Of a stretch of 64,000 nucleotides of DNA, positions 20,840-30,344 are shown piece by piece; within the stretch, counting starts at the first letter, position 1; every line of letters begins with the position of its first letter. Where the stretch lies: positions 96,001 through 160,000 of the IMG/VR virus record IMGVR_UViG_3300048694_001005. One strand, 5' to 3'. Under the pieces are notes generated by a model. It was not told where the DNA came from. It ran no database searches and saw only the letters and a list, made by a program, of their open reading frames with translations. This stretch comes from a virus. The translations under genes and the position numbers were made by a program.

Positions 20840-21457
20840 ATGTCAGTAGCAAGTTTAACTAAATTTACAGTACCACTAGCAAGTGATCAAAGCGCCAGCA
20901 GCCAGGGCCTGTTAATGCCCAAACTGCAATATCGTTTTAGAGTGACCTTTGAAAACTTTGGTGTCAGTACTCCACGTACAGAATTAACAAAGCAAGTTAA
21001 CGATTTTAAACGTCCCACAGTTAGCTTTGGTGATATCGTAATTGATACTTACAACAGCAAAGTAAAGCTAATTGGTAAGCCAGAGTGGCAGGATGTTACA
21101 GTAACCTTCCGTGACGACATGCAGGGACAGGTCAGCAAACTGATTGGTGAACAGCTACAGAAACAGTTTGATTTCATGGAACAGGCCAGTGCATCTTCTG
21201 GTATTGACTACAAGTTCATCACACGTTGCGAAATGCTGGATGGCGGCAATGGTGCAAGCACTCCCACTGTATTAGAAACTTGGGAACTGTATGGTTGCTT
21301 AGTGAGTCAAGTAGATTACCAAACAGTAGACTACAAAAGCAATGATCCAGTTACAATTCAAATGACCATTAAGTTTGACAACGCAGTGCAAACGCCAGTT
21401 GGCACAGGTGTTGGTGCTACAGTAACTCGTGCATTAGGTACTGTAGTAACTGGTTAA
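20840..21457 (+). CDS. Tail tube protein
   Basis: LLMPKLQYRFRVTF; KPEWQDVTVTFRDD; WELYGC; follows the sheath; AATAAATA and AAGGAG upstream. Confidence 0.85.
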   Translation: MSVASLTKFTVPLASDQSASSQGLLMPKLQYRFRVTFENFGVSTPRTELTKQVNDFKRPTVSFGDIVIDTYNSKVKLIGKPEWQDVTVTFRDDMQGQVSKLIGEQLQKQFDFMEQASASSGIDYKFITRCEMLDGGNGASTPTVLETWELYGCLVSQVDYQTVDYKSNDPVTIQMTIKFDNAVQTPVGTGVGATVTRALGTVVTG

Positions 21458-21477
21458 TAATAACTATAAGAAATCTT

Positions 21478-21505
21478 AAGCCCGGCTTCAAAAACCGGGC
21501 TTTTT
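21478..21505 (+). terminator. Rho-independent terminator
   Basis: AAGCCCGG-loop-CCGGGCTTTTT. Confidence 0.85.
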
Positions 21506-21524
21506 CTTATGCATAAATATCTAT

Positions 21525-22568
21525 ATGTCCATATTAGATAGCATTCTTAAACCTATAACCGGTCTCACTGGCAGTGGCTTATTAAAGAGCCTGGGCCAAA
21601 GCGAGAATATGCGTGATTACCAACATGCTAGTAAATTGTTTGTATCAAATGGTTACGAGCTGTCGCCAAAAACACAATTTCTTTATCATGTATACTTCAA
21701 TATTAATTCATCAGCTAGGTCACTGGTTCAAAATTGGGATAGCTTAAAAAAATTAGAAGTAGGAATGTTAGTAAAAAGTGTGGACCTTCCCAAATACAAA
21801 CTTAACACCAAAGTGTTAAATGCTTATAACCGCAAACAGATTGTGCAGAGTAAACTGGATTACGAACCGGTACAGTTAGTAATGCATGACGATTCACAAA
21901 ACGTAGCTCGTGATTTATGGCAAGCTTATCTTAAATATTATTACAGAGATACAGACTATGGCGTTGACAAGTATAAAGTTATAAACACATATGATCCTAG
22001 AATTACTGATCAGTGGGGATATACAATACGTGGTGATACCGGTGCTGCGCAAAACTTTTTTACAAGTATAAAGATTTACAGCCTTAGTTTGAAAAAATAC
22101 AGTTTATATGAATTAATTAATCCCAAGATTGACGGTTTTGAACATGGTAGGCACGATGTAAGTCAGGGCACAGGCACAATGGAACATACCATGCGTGTAA
22201 GTTATGAAACTGTGAAGTATAGTCAGGGATATGTAGGCAGTGGTAATGTAAGCGGATTTGCACAACAGCATTATGACACACAGCCAAGTCCATTAAGTCC
22301 CTTGGGTGGTGGAACAAAAAGTATATTGGGTCCAGGTGGCCTTATTGATAGTGCCGCAAACATTGCAGATAATTTGGGAGAAGGTAACTTTGGTGCTGCT
22401 GCGTTGGGTGCACTACGTGCTAGTCAAAATCTTAAAAACTTTGATTTTAAAGCCGTGGCCAAACAGGAATCTATAGACAGCATTCGCAATGTTATACGTA
22501 ATACTGCTAATGGCCCATTTAAATTTCCCAGCCCTAACAGTGAAAAACCTAATCAAGCTACTCCATAA
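21525..22568 (+). CDS. Tail-tube-like/baseplate tube-cap protein
   Basis: VKSVDLPKYKLNTKVLNAYNRK...YEPVQLVMHDD resembles the tube fold; CATAAATA upstream. Confidence 0.6.
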   Translation: MSILDSILKPITGLTGSGLLKSLGQSENMRDYQHASKLFVSNGYELSPKTQFLYHVYFNINSSARSLVQNWDSLKKLEVGMLVKSVDLPKYKLNTKVLNAYNRKQIVQSKLDYEPVQLVMHDDSQNVARDLWQAYLKYYYRDTDYGVDKYKVINTYDPRITDQWGYTIRGDTGAAQNFFTSIKIYSLSLKKYSLYELINPKIDGFEHGRHDVSQGTGTMEHTMRVSYETVKYSQGYVGSGNVSGFAQQHYDTQPSPLSPLGGGTKSILGPGGLIDSAANIADNLGEGNFGAAALGALRASQNLKNFDFKAVAKQESIDSIRNVIRNTANGPFKFPSPNSEKPNQATP

Positions 22569-22571
22569 ACT

Positions 22572-22937
22572 ATGGCCAACTACAGCAATTTACCAGTAAT
22601 AGACAAACCAGAAACACAGAGATATTTTGAAGAATATTTTGTGAAAGAACGTGGAGTCAGTCAGAATTTCTACGACAGTGCTATAGCTTTTTTTGAACAA
22701 CAAACTAATGGCAACAAGTTGGCCGCAGCTAATATTGTTGCTGCATTAATTGAAGTAGTTAAAACACAAAACTTAGACCCAAACGAACTATTAGATAATT
22801 TTAGGACCATGAGCATGCAAGACATTAATATGTTCATGGTTACCGCACTAAATTTCAATAGAAAAAACACAAGCTTTTTGGGATTTAGAACAGTACGTCG
22901 CAGCAATGCATTAGTAGATAGAACACTTTTGCCCTAA
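22572..22937 (+). CDS. Hypothetical protein (structural operon)
   Basis: ORF track; contiguous with its neighbours. Confidence 0.6.
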   Translation: MANYSNLPVIDKPETQRYFEEYFVKERGVSQNFYDSAIAFFEQQTNGNKLAAANIVAALIEVVKTQNLDPNELLDNFRTMSMQDINMFMVTALNFNRKNTSFLGFRTVRRSNALVDRTLLP

Positions 22938-23374
22938 TGGCCAATAGATTTTTAAAGGGTGAATATAAACTACAGAATCCAGAAAAGTATACTGGTACAA
23001 GAGCGCCTCTATATAGAAGTTCTTGGGAATATGGGGTCATGCGATTGTTTGATAATAATCCAGCGGTAATTGCCTGGGCCAGTGAAAGTGTAGTTATACC
23101 CTATATAGATCCACTAACTGGGCACAAGAAAAATTATATACCGGATTTTCTCGTAGTTTATCAGGATCGCAAGGGTCAAAATCATGCGGAGATAGTGGAA
23201 GTCAAACCCAGCAAAGAAGCATCACTAACCGAAGCTAAGAGCATCAGAGACAAGGCCCTAGTAGCACGTAATCAAGCTAAATGGCGTGCTGCCACTGCAT
23301 TTTGCAAAGGTGCCGGCATGAGCTTTAGAGTAGTAACCGAAAACCAAATTTTTGGCGCTGCTCGCAAGCGGTAA
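22937..23374 (+). CDS. Head completion nuclease (T4 gp4-like, TnsA-type)
   Basis: YRSSWE; WASESVVIPY; YIPDFLV; EIVEVKP; NQAKWRAA. Confidence 0.85.
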   Translation: MANRFLKGEYKLQNPEKYTGTRAPLYRSSWEYGVMRLFDNNPAVIAWASESVVIPYIDPLTGHKKNYIPDFLVVYQDRKGQNHAEIVEVKPSKEASLTEAKSIRDKALVARNQAKWRAATAFCKGAGMSFRVVTENQIFGAARKR

Positions 23375-23381
23375 ATACAGC

Positions 23382-23873
23382 ATGACCAAACATTTAGAAG
23401 AATTGTTCAACATACCACCAACTCCCACTCAGTTAGAAGAAAATTTACCCATAGAAGTATTGGAGGAAGTTGATGCAGCTTTGGATAAAATAGATAATGC
23501 ATTGCCGCAAGTGCGAGCATTAGAGTCCAGTGACAGTGAACTAGACGAACTAGCTAATTTGGCCAAAGACAAGTTTAACGATCTCATGGATCTAGGAATG
23601 AATGTAGAACCGCGCATCAGTGGGCAAATATTTCAAACTGCTGGTGTGCTTTTAGGACATGCCATAACTGCCAAACAGGCAAAGATAGACAAAAAACTGC
23701 GTATGGTACAGTTACAAATACAAAAAGCTAGGCTGGATAAAACAAATAATTCAGCACCGGCCGGGGCGCAACCTGCAGAACCAGAGGAAATTGAGGGCAA
23801 AGCTACGGTAATAGATCGTAATAGCTTGTTAAAAACTATACTTGCAGAAGCAAAAAAGAATGAAAACGAATAA
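23382..23873 (+). CDS. Helical protein, possible terminase small subunit
   Basis: MTKHLEELF; LMDLGMNVEPR; AKIDKKLRMVQLQ; the assignment is tentative. Confidence 0.45.
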   Translation: MTKHLEELFNIPPTPTQLEENLPIEVLEEVDAALDKIDNALPQVRALESSDSELDELANLAKDKFNDLMDLGMNVEPRISGQIFQTAGVLLGHAITAKQAKIDKKLRMVQLQIQKARLDKTNNSAPAGAQPAEPEEIEGKATVIDRNSLLKTILAEAKKNENE

Positions 23874-23895
23874 ATATTGTGATAGGATAAAGACA

Positions 23896-24489
23896 ATGAA
23901 ATCACTAACCCATTACCTAACCGAAAGTGCAAGAACCTACAGTTTTAAAATAAAGATTGCTGTAGATAGCCTAACTGATGAACAAATTGATGCTATAGAG
24001 CAACAACTACAGGCATACAAATTGGTCAACATAAGCAAACCAAAACGACTGCCCATTCAACAAAATCCCTTGGGTTTTGAACATTTGGGTGCTGTTACTG
24101 TACAAGCTATGGAAGCTGAACTAGCTTACCCAGCAACTGATGTACAGGTAAAAGAAGCTGTAAGACTGGGTTGCAAATGTGCTGGCAATCACATTTATGT
24201 TGGTAGCGAAGCGCAAGAGCAAGATACTGTTCGTTTAGACCTGGACGAAAAAGATGGCAAGCCCATACTAATGCAGGATTATGATAAAAGTGATCCCAAA
24301 GTAAAAGAACTTTATGGTGATGAAAACATTAAGATCATACTAAAAGATTTTGACAGCAAGAAACGCAAGTATGAATTTGAAGTAGTTAACAACACCGAAG
24401 CAAAAAGCACGAATGATTTACCGCAGGGTAAGATGAGTCCTGTTGGCAGTACGCAAAACAAGATTCCAGACCCATATAAGAACCGTTAA
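23896..24489 (+). CDS. Putative internal head/core protein (MKSLTHYLTE N-terminus)
   Basis: ATG 23896 follows AATAAATA; LxE motif near the N-terminus. Confidence 0.55.
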   Translation: MKSLTHYLTESARTYSFKIKIAVDSLTDEQIDAIEQQLQAYKLVNISKPKRLPIQQNPLGFEHLGAVTVQAMEAELAYPATDVQVKEAVRLGCKCAGNHIYVGSEAQEQDTVRLDLDEKDGKPILMQDYDKSDPKVKELYGDENIKIILKDFDSKKRKYEFEVVNNTEAKSTNDLPQGKMSPVGSTQNKIPDPYKNR

Positions 24490-24500
24490 GGACCTGTACC

Positions 24501-26159
24501 ATGAAAATGATAAACGTATTGAACAAGCTAACTGAACTAAGCAAAGAAAACACCAGTCCCGATGTCAAACAGGCCCTGGAAAGTACACGTAAGATAAATG
24601 GTGATGCTAACCTACAGGTCATTGAAGAACACATCGTGGAAGGTCGCATTGACGATTTGAACGATCGTCGCGCAGCTAAAAAACGCAAAAGCAAAAAGCA
24701 CAAAGACAAAGCTGGCACCAAGGAAAAGCCACGTATGGTCAAGGGTCATCGTTATGGTGGTAGCAAACAAAAAGATGATGATGACAGAGAAGATTTGGAT
24801 GAAAGCGATGAGCTAGCACGCCGCGCTGATTTACGCGCCAAGTCTGGTGAAGGTATTTTGACTAAGAGAAAATATGGTCCTGAATACAAAGCTCACATGC
24901 GCAATAAAAAGAATTTAAAGCAGGATCCTTACAAGATTGCTGGACCAAAAGGTGCATTGCCCGAATCAGAAGTGCAAGAAGTAATCACTAAGAAAACACC
25001 TGCTGGTGAGATCATTAGTGATTTCCAAAAGAGCAAGAACCCAAAGTTTAAGGGTAAGAGCAAAGCCAAGCGCAAGGACATGGCGCTGGGAGCATACTAT
25101 GGCATGCATCCCGAAAAAAGCAAAGTTAAAGAAACAGCAATGACACCCAAGCAAAAGAAATTCGCAGCATTAGCAAAGCCTACGAACAAAATTACCTATG
25201 CTGACAAAATTGCTGGCGCACGTAAGAACACTGGAGTAAAAGAAACTAAACTAACACCCAAGCAAATGAAGATTGCTAAAGCAGCCAAGCCAACCAATGC
25301 AATTACCGGTGCTGATTTTGCAGCATTGCGTAAGGGACGTAAAGTTGAAAGCGCATTAGTTCGTGAAGGTACTGAGCGCAAAGCTAAAAACCTAACTGAA
25401 AGCAAAATGATCACAGAGACCAATGATTTGGTTGACTTGAGAAAACTAGCTGGCTTAAATGAATGCGGCATGATGGGTACCACAATGGGTGCACATACAC
25501 CAGCAAACATCAGTATTAATGCAAGTGCAGCCAGCGGCAGTGAAGTAGCCAGCATGATGCGTGACTTGATGCGTTTAGCCGGTGGCGAAACTTCGGCACA
25601 TGTGCCCGAGATTGCAGTAATGGATGGTGCAGCCTGCGGTGGTATGGAAGAAATGGTGGATGAAAGCGAACAAGACGGACACTTTGCTGATGCTACCACA
25701 GAACCAGCAGAGCAAGTATTTGACGAGAATCCAGTTGTTTCAATGACTGGTAAACAAGTGCAAACACCCAATGGTAATGCACGTCAAAACGACAATCCAC
25801 TAGAAGAAAGTCTTTGGAAAAAATACCAAGCACAGGTAAACGAAGGATTCGATCCTGAAAGTTTTGAAGGCAGCACAGATGTAACTTGGATTGGTGACGA
25901 TGGTGAAGAAGTGGAGGGATATGTAAATTATATCGCTACACCTGATCCACAAACCGGACATTTACATGTTAAGTTAACTGGTGGTGCTGTAACTGGTAAC
26001 AATATTGCTGCTAAAGTTGACGATCACATGATTCAGTATCTAATCACTGATCCAGACTACAGTGCGGAATATCAACAGGCTGCTGAACAGGATGCACAAG
26101 CACAGTGGGACTCACGTGACGCTAAACAGCACGACTTGGGCGATCCAGCAGCTATGTAA
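24501..26159 (+). CDS. Modular Lys-rich putative internal head polyprotein
   Basis: Basic blocks separated by LxE/VxE motifs; internal duplication TPKQ..A..AKPTN.IT.AD.A..RK. Confidence 0.55.
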   Translation: MKMINVLNKLTELSKENTSPDVKQALESTRKINGDANLQVIEEHIVEGRIDDLNDRRAAKKRKSKKHKDKAGTKEKPRMVKGHRYGGSKQKDDDDREDLDESDELARRADLRAKSGEGILTKRKYGPEYKAHMRNKKNLKQDPYKIAGPKGALPESEVQEVITKKTPAGEIISDFQKSKNPKFKGKSKAKRKDMALGAYYGMHPEKSKVKETAMTPKQKKFAALAKPTNKITYADKIAGARKNTGVKETKLTPKQMKIAKAAKPTNAITGADFAALRKGRKVESALVREGTERKAKNLTESKMITETNDLVDLRKLAGLNECGMMGTTMGAHTPANISINASAASGSEVASMMRDLMRLAGGETSAHVPEIAVMDGAACGGMEEMVDESEQDGHFADATTEPAEQVFDENPVVSMTGKQVQTPNGNARQNDNPLEESLWKKYQAQVNEGFDPESFEGSTDVTWIGDDGEEVEGYVNYIATPDPQTGHLHVKLTGGAVTGNNIAAKVDDHMIQYLITDPDYSAEYQQAAEQDAQAQWDSRDAKQHDLGDPAAM

Positions 26160-26173
26160 TTTCAAAGCAATGA

Positions 26174-26611
26174 ATGATTGTTTATTCAAATTCTGTGGAC
26201 ACCTACGTTTTAAGTCGGTTGTCTGAACTCAAACGAATCCGCCGTGGCTATCATGCCACGGCAGTGCCCTGGTACTATCAATGCAATGTGAACAACTGGG
26301 ATTGCCTTAGTGGGTTTCCAGTTGACATCACTAGTGTTAAACTAGTCAAAGTATCAGCAAAGCTATACAAAAAAACGGCAGTTAATTCTCTCACCTTGGC
26401 CAAGACTGAAGCCCTGGACTTTGACTGTGTTCGTATTGCGATACCACTTAGCGATCAAGGGCATTATGAGCTGCATGCTGGTGCTGACACCGTGTCGCTA
26501 AAATATGGGCGTGTTTATGTGTTCACAGCAGTGGATACTATGAAATTATCAGTTAAAAAACTCAGCAGTAAAGACTATTACCTATTGATGATTGATTGCA
26601 TATTAGTATAA
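26174..26611 (+). CDS. Hypothetical protein
   Basis: 145-aa ORF. Confidence 0.5.
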   Translation: MIVYSNSVDTYVLSRLSELKRIRRGYHATAVPWYYQCNVNNWDCLSGFPVDITSVKLVKVSAKLYKKTAVNSLTLAKTEALDFDCVRIAIPLSDQGHYELHAGADTVSLKYGRVYVFTAVDTMKLSVKKLSSKDYYLLMIDCILV

Positions 26612-26614
26612 ATA
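26607..26614 (+). promoter_or_regulatory. T4-type late promoter TATAAATA
   Basis: Exact TATAAATA 22 nt before ATG 26637. The same exact motif occurs at 49779, 54370, 59358 and 61729, and (A/C)TAAATA variants precede most structural genes. Confidence 0.75.
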
Positions 26615-26636
26615 CTGATATCCTGAGGACAGAAAC

Positions 26637-29351
26637 ATGCATGTATTAGATTTATTTGGTGAAGAGTCGCAGCCGTTAAATGAGGGTTCGGTAAAGAATA
26701 GAGATATCGAGCGTCAAGACTATGAAAACATGTCAGGACGAGAATTTTTGGCGGCTTATAAAATGGGCAAAGCAGAATGGGCGCTTAAAAACCCTGACAT
26801 TGTGCCAAAAAAATCTAAACCCAAAACCACCAACGAAGCTAAACCTGTGGCACATAGTATTGAACATGCTGTTTGGAGTAAAAAGTCCCCTGATGAACAA
26901 AAGTTTTTGAAACAGTTGCATCCCGACTTAAAAATCAAAAACGTACCACCAGCACCACGTCCTGAGCGAGTTAAAAAGACACCAATTGATTACGCCGCTA
27001 TTGCGCGTAAAGCCGAGAATGTCTGGGGCAATATATTTCCTGATGGCGATCCCGTAGATTGGATGTATCCGTATTTAAAACGCATGGGTATTCCTGCTGA
27101 AAAGCAATACAAGGTATTGGATCGAGCTATTAGATTGCATGTAGACAAAAAAGGTTATGATCATTGGTTGGAATCAAGCTGGGATCAAGTAGCTGACGAC
27201 AATATGATGCCAGGTACGGTTACTCGTGAAAATAATCCATGGCGAGTTTCTGAAGGTGTGACAGAAAATAGCGGAGACACAAGGGCTAAACTGGCCAAAA
27301 TCATTGCACGTGAAATGAAGACAGCAAAGTCCAGTGAGTTGACAAAGACACAACGCAAACACGCATTCGCGGTACTAACACGCGCCAAAGAAGCTAAACG
27401 TATGTTGGATGCTGGTGCAGATGAATCCACAGCATGGGCACACTTCCAAGGTACCAAGCAGGAAATGGCGGAAGGCAAATGGTTCCGCACCACTTATGGT
27501 TGGGCCGGTGGTGAGAAGCCTGGTGGCGGCAAATATGTTCATCCTGAGGTCGCAGCCGAACGTCGCCGTGAAAAAGCCAAGAAAAAGCGTGAACAGGAAC
27601 GACAAGCAAAGTCAGGTACAGGTGCCAAACCTACTACCAGTACACATTGCCCGGGCTGTTACAGTACCGATATCAAAACCTACAGTGATGGTGAGAAAGA
27701 ATGCCATCAATGCGGTAAAACTTGGCATGTTTTTGGAAATAGAATTTTTATAGATCATCAGGGCGAATGGGAGGAGAAAATCAGTAAAGTTTGGCCAAGA
27801 TCACAGATAGAATACTCCGGCGAAGATATGTATGCCGCTCGTCTAACAAATGGTTATCTCGTAGGAGCATTCAAAATAGATCAAGGTGGTTGGATAGAAA
27901 AGCCAAGGAAAGGTGTGGCGGAAGGCTCCAAAACTCCTTGGAAAGATTTAGATAAACCTTTTGACCGAGATGTTAAAAAAATGAAAAACCAAGGCAGCGC
28001 CAATCCATTGTACAAAAAGAAGGTTGGTGAGCAAGGTGTGGCGGAAGGCTCGGCGTATCAACATCATGTTGTATCAAAATTAGATGGCAATGTATTGGCT
28101 TCTTATAAGACGCGAGAAGAAGCTCAGAAAAATGCTCATGGTAATCCAGTTGTTTCTGGTTCTTTAGAGACCATTGGTGATAGACAATATACCAGAGAGC
28201 AAGGTGTGGCGGAAGGCTATTGGCAAGATGCCATACAGGATGTGGAAGCAGCACGTAAAGCACGTAAAGGCAAACCGTTTGAAAAGAATCCGCTAAGCCA
28301 TGATGAACAGGGAGTTTACATCGGTGATAAGGATTTAGCTGGCAATCCTGTACCTAAACCCAACGAAAAGGACGTGGCAGAAGCTAAGCCAGGACTGTAT
28401 GCCAATGTACAGGCCAAGCGCAGGAGAATCAAACAGGGATCTGGGGAGCGTATGCGCAAGCCTGGAACTAAGGGCGCACCCACTGCACAAGCTTGGCGCG
28501 ATGCAGCAAAAACAGCTAAGAAGGAAAGCATGGAGGAAAACATGAAACTTGTTGAATATTTGACACGTCCCGGAGAATCATTTGACGCAATTTTAGGTCT
28601 TAATGTTTTCGCTGATCTAGTAGGTGATGTTCAAGACATGGATGAAATGTTTGGAGAAAGTAGAGAATGGCGCAGGATTAGAAAGAAATACACCAAGATA
28701 GCCAAATACTATATTGATCTAGTTAACCAAATTTCCGCCACAGGTAGAAAGCTGACAAAGGAAGAGTCAGACGCTATTGAAATTTGGTGGTATGATGGCA
28801 ATGATATGTATGATGATGAAGAAATGTCTGGATTGGCGGAAACATACGATGGCCAACTTAAATTAGTTGAAAGACTAATTGGATCAGGACAATCGGGAGT
28901 GACCGAAGATTTGATGAATGAACTGTCCCGAGACACGCTAAAGAGTTATTTTGGTAAACGCATGGCATCAGCCACGTCCATGGACAAACGCAAAAATTTT
29001 AAAAAGGCTACTAAAATCATCAAAACTAATTTACCACTTGCTATGAAAAAACTTAAAGATCCAGCGTATGGTAAAGCTACGCCCAAATTAGTTGATGAAG
29101 CTGCCTTACCAGAAGAACTGTTTAAGACTACATCAGAAATCAATAACCCAACTGATGCCGTAAAAATGGATATCCCTCTACTGATTAGAATTATGGAATA
29201 CGCACGTGAAGATGCCAAAACTGACTTAGAGCTGCATGATGTAGCAGAACGATTAATTAGTTTGGGCAAGGCAGGTAACACATTAAGCATGCGTGACTAT
29301 GATAAGATTGTTGGCACTGATGCAAAGGCAATGATCAATAACAAACTATGA
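26637..29351 (+). CDS. 904-aa modular putative internal head polyprotein with repeated GVAEG junctions
   Basis: Unrelated modules separated by PLNE, TTNE, GVTE, EMAEG, GVAEG x3, DVAEA; includes a CxxC..CxxC zinc finger and the basic peptide KPGLYANVQAKRRRIKQGSGERMRKPG. Confidence 0.65.
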   Translation: MHVLDLFGEESQPLNEGSVKNRDIERQDYENMSGREFLAAYKMGKAEWALKNPDIVPKKSKPKTTNEAKPVAHSIEHAVWSKKSPDEQKFLKQLHPDLKIKNVPPAPRPERVKKTPIDYAAIARKAENVWGNIFPDGDPVDWMYPYLKRMGIPAEKQYKVLDRAIRLHVDKKGYDHWLESSWDQVADDNMMPGTVTRENNPWRVSEGVTENSGDTRAKLAKIIAREMKTAKSSELTKTQRKHAFAVLTRAKEAKRMLDAGADESTAWAHFQGTKQEMAEGKWFRTTYGWAGGEKPGGGKYVHPEVAAERRREKAKKKREQERQAKSGTGAKPTTSTHCPGCYSTDIKTYSDGEKECHQCGKTWHVFGNRIFIDHQGEWEEKISKVWPRSQIEYSGEDMYAARLTNGYLVGAFKIDQGGWIEKPRKGVAEGSKTPWKDLDKPFDRDVKKMKNQGSANPLYKKKVGEQGVAEGSAYQHHVVSKLDGNVLASYKTREEAQKNAHGNPVVSGSLETIGDRQYTREQGVAEGYWQDAIQDVEAARKARKGKPFEKNPLSHDEQGVYIGDKDLAGNPVPKPNEKDVAEAKPGLYANVQAKRRRIKQGSGERMRKPGTKGAPTAQAWRDAAKTAKKESMEENMKLVEYLTRPGESFDAILGLNVFADLVGDVQDMDEMFGESREWRRIRKKYTKIAKYYIDLVNQISATGRKLTKEESDAIEIWWYDGNDMYDDEEMSGLAETYDGQLKLVERLIGSGQSGVTEDLMNELSRDTLKSYFGKRMASATSMDKRKNFKKATKIIKTNLPLAMKKLKDPAYGKATPKLVDEAALPEELFKTTSEINNPTDAVKMDIPLLIRIMEYAREDAKTDLELHDVAERLISLGKAGNTLSMRDYDKIVGTDAKAMINNKL
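27910..28218 (+). repeat. Exact direct repeats AAGGTGTGGCGGAAGGCT (18 bp x3; extends to 22 bp in two copies)
   Basis: Copies at 27910-27927, 28033-28050 and 28201-28218; GAGC extension at 28029 and 28197; 11-bp core TGGCGGAAGGC also at 27466-27476. Confidence 0.95.
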
Positions 29352-29509
29352 GCCCAAAAGAGCAGCGTAACGCTTATATTCAATACCTTTTAATGAAGGT
29401 TGAGCAAGCTGACTGGCATGGTGTAAGTGATGCCGCAAATGACCTGCGTGAACTAGAAGCTCGTTACACTGCATTGCGCGATGAGGAAATAAACCTGAAT
29501 AGATCATGA
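29348..29509 (+). CDS. Small protein (53 aa, DWHGVSDAANDLRELE), absent from the ORF track
   Basis: Hand-translated; ATGA overlaps with both neighbours. Confidence 0.65.
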   Translation: MSPKEQRNAYIQYLLMKVEQADWHGVSDAANDLRELEARYTALRDEEINLNRS

Positions 29510-30012
29510 GCAACTATCAAATCTATCTACAGACCTGTAGAGAATTGGTAATTGAAGCGGAATCATCAGCCCATCTTGATCTTAATGACAGCGTGAACGC
29601 ATATTTGGTTGCATTGCTAGCCAAAAATTTTGACAAACCCAACTGTATACAATACAATTACGATCTATTAACTCGCACCACTAGCAAAGAAGACAGCTAT
29701 CTAGCACGTACCGAATGTGTAGCGGCCGCGGAACAATGTTTAATGATTAGTGGCATTACACCATTTGTTGCAGAACGACGTGGCATTGAGCCCAAGCATT
29801 TCACTCAATGTGGTCGCACTTTTTATCACAGAGCAGCACATTGCACTAGACCACCTGATGATTTTATGACTGAACTTGCTGGGCAATTTGCTGTTATGCG
29901 TGACATTGTAGGCACTGCATTTGACCGCGGAATTAAAACATTTGCGCAGCGTAGACAGCTTGTGGCGGCAGGAAGCTGTGCCATCAAACACTACTCTATA
30001 AATATCAAGTAA
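29506..30012 (+). CDS. Hypothetical protein
   Basis: 168-aa ORF. Confidence 0.55.
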   Translation: MSNYQIYLQTCRELVIEAESSAHLDLNDSVNAYLVALLAKNFDKPNCIQYNYDLLTRTTSKEDSYLARTECVAAAEQCLMISGITPFVAERRGIEPKHFTQCGRTFYHRAAHCTRPPDDFMTELAGQFAVMRDIVGTAFDRGIKTFAQRRQLVAAGSCAIKHYSINIK

Positions 30013-30032
30013 TTTAGTTTTGCTCAAATTGC

Positions 30033-30061
30033 TAGATTTAATCATCACATTCATATACAAT
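30033..30061 (+). promoter_or_regulatory. Promoter variant TAGATT-N17-TACAAT before the dsDNA-binding/polymerase operon
   Basis: Same hexamers and spacing as 34045-34073. Confidence 0.5.
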
Positions 30062-30083
30062 TTAATTTCAAAGGAGACTTATA

Positions 30084-30344
30084 ATGAGTAACAGAGTAAT
30101 CACTGCTGAACAAAAGGCCAAACTAAATCAGCTTTTCAATGAAGGGATTTCGGTCCTTACAGAAATCGAGGATTTGACCGCTGGACTAAACGATACTATC
30201 AAAGCAGTGGCAGAAGAAATGGAAATTAAACCTGCCGTGCTAAAGAAGGCAATTAAAATTGCTAAGAAAAGCGAATTCGGCAAAGAAACCGAAGATCACG
30301 AATTGCTGGAAACCATTCTTACTACGGTGGGACGTACTGTTTAA
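30084..30344 (+). CDS. Double-stranded DNA-binding protein (T4 DsbA-like)
   Basis: 86 aa; LNDTIKAVAEEMEIKPAVLKKAIKIA; SD AAGGAG; precedes the polymerase. Confidence 0.6.
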   Translation: MSNRVITAEQKAKLNQLFNEGISVLTEIEDLTAGLNDTIKAVAEEMEIKPAVLKKAIKIAKKSEFGKETEDHELLETILTTVGRTV

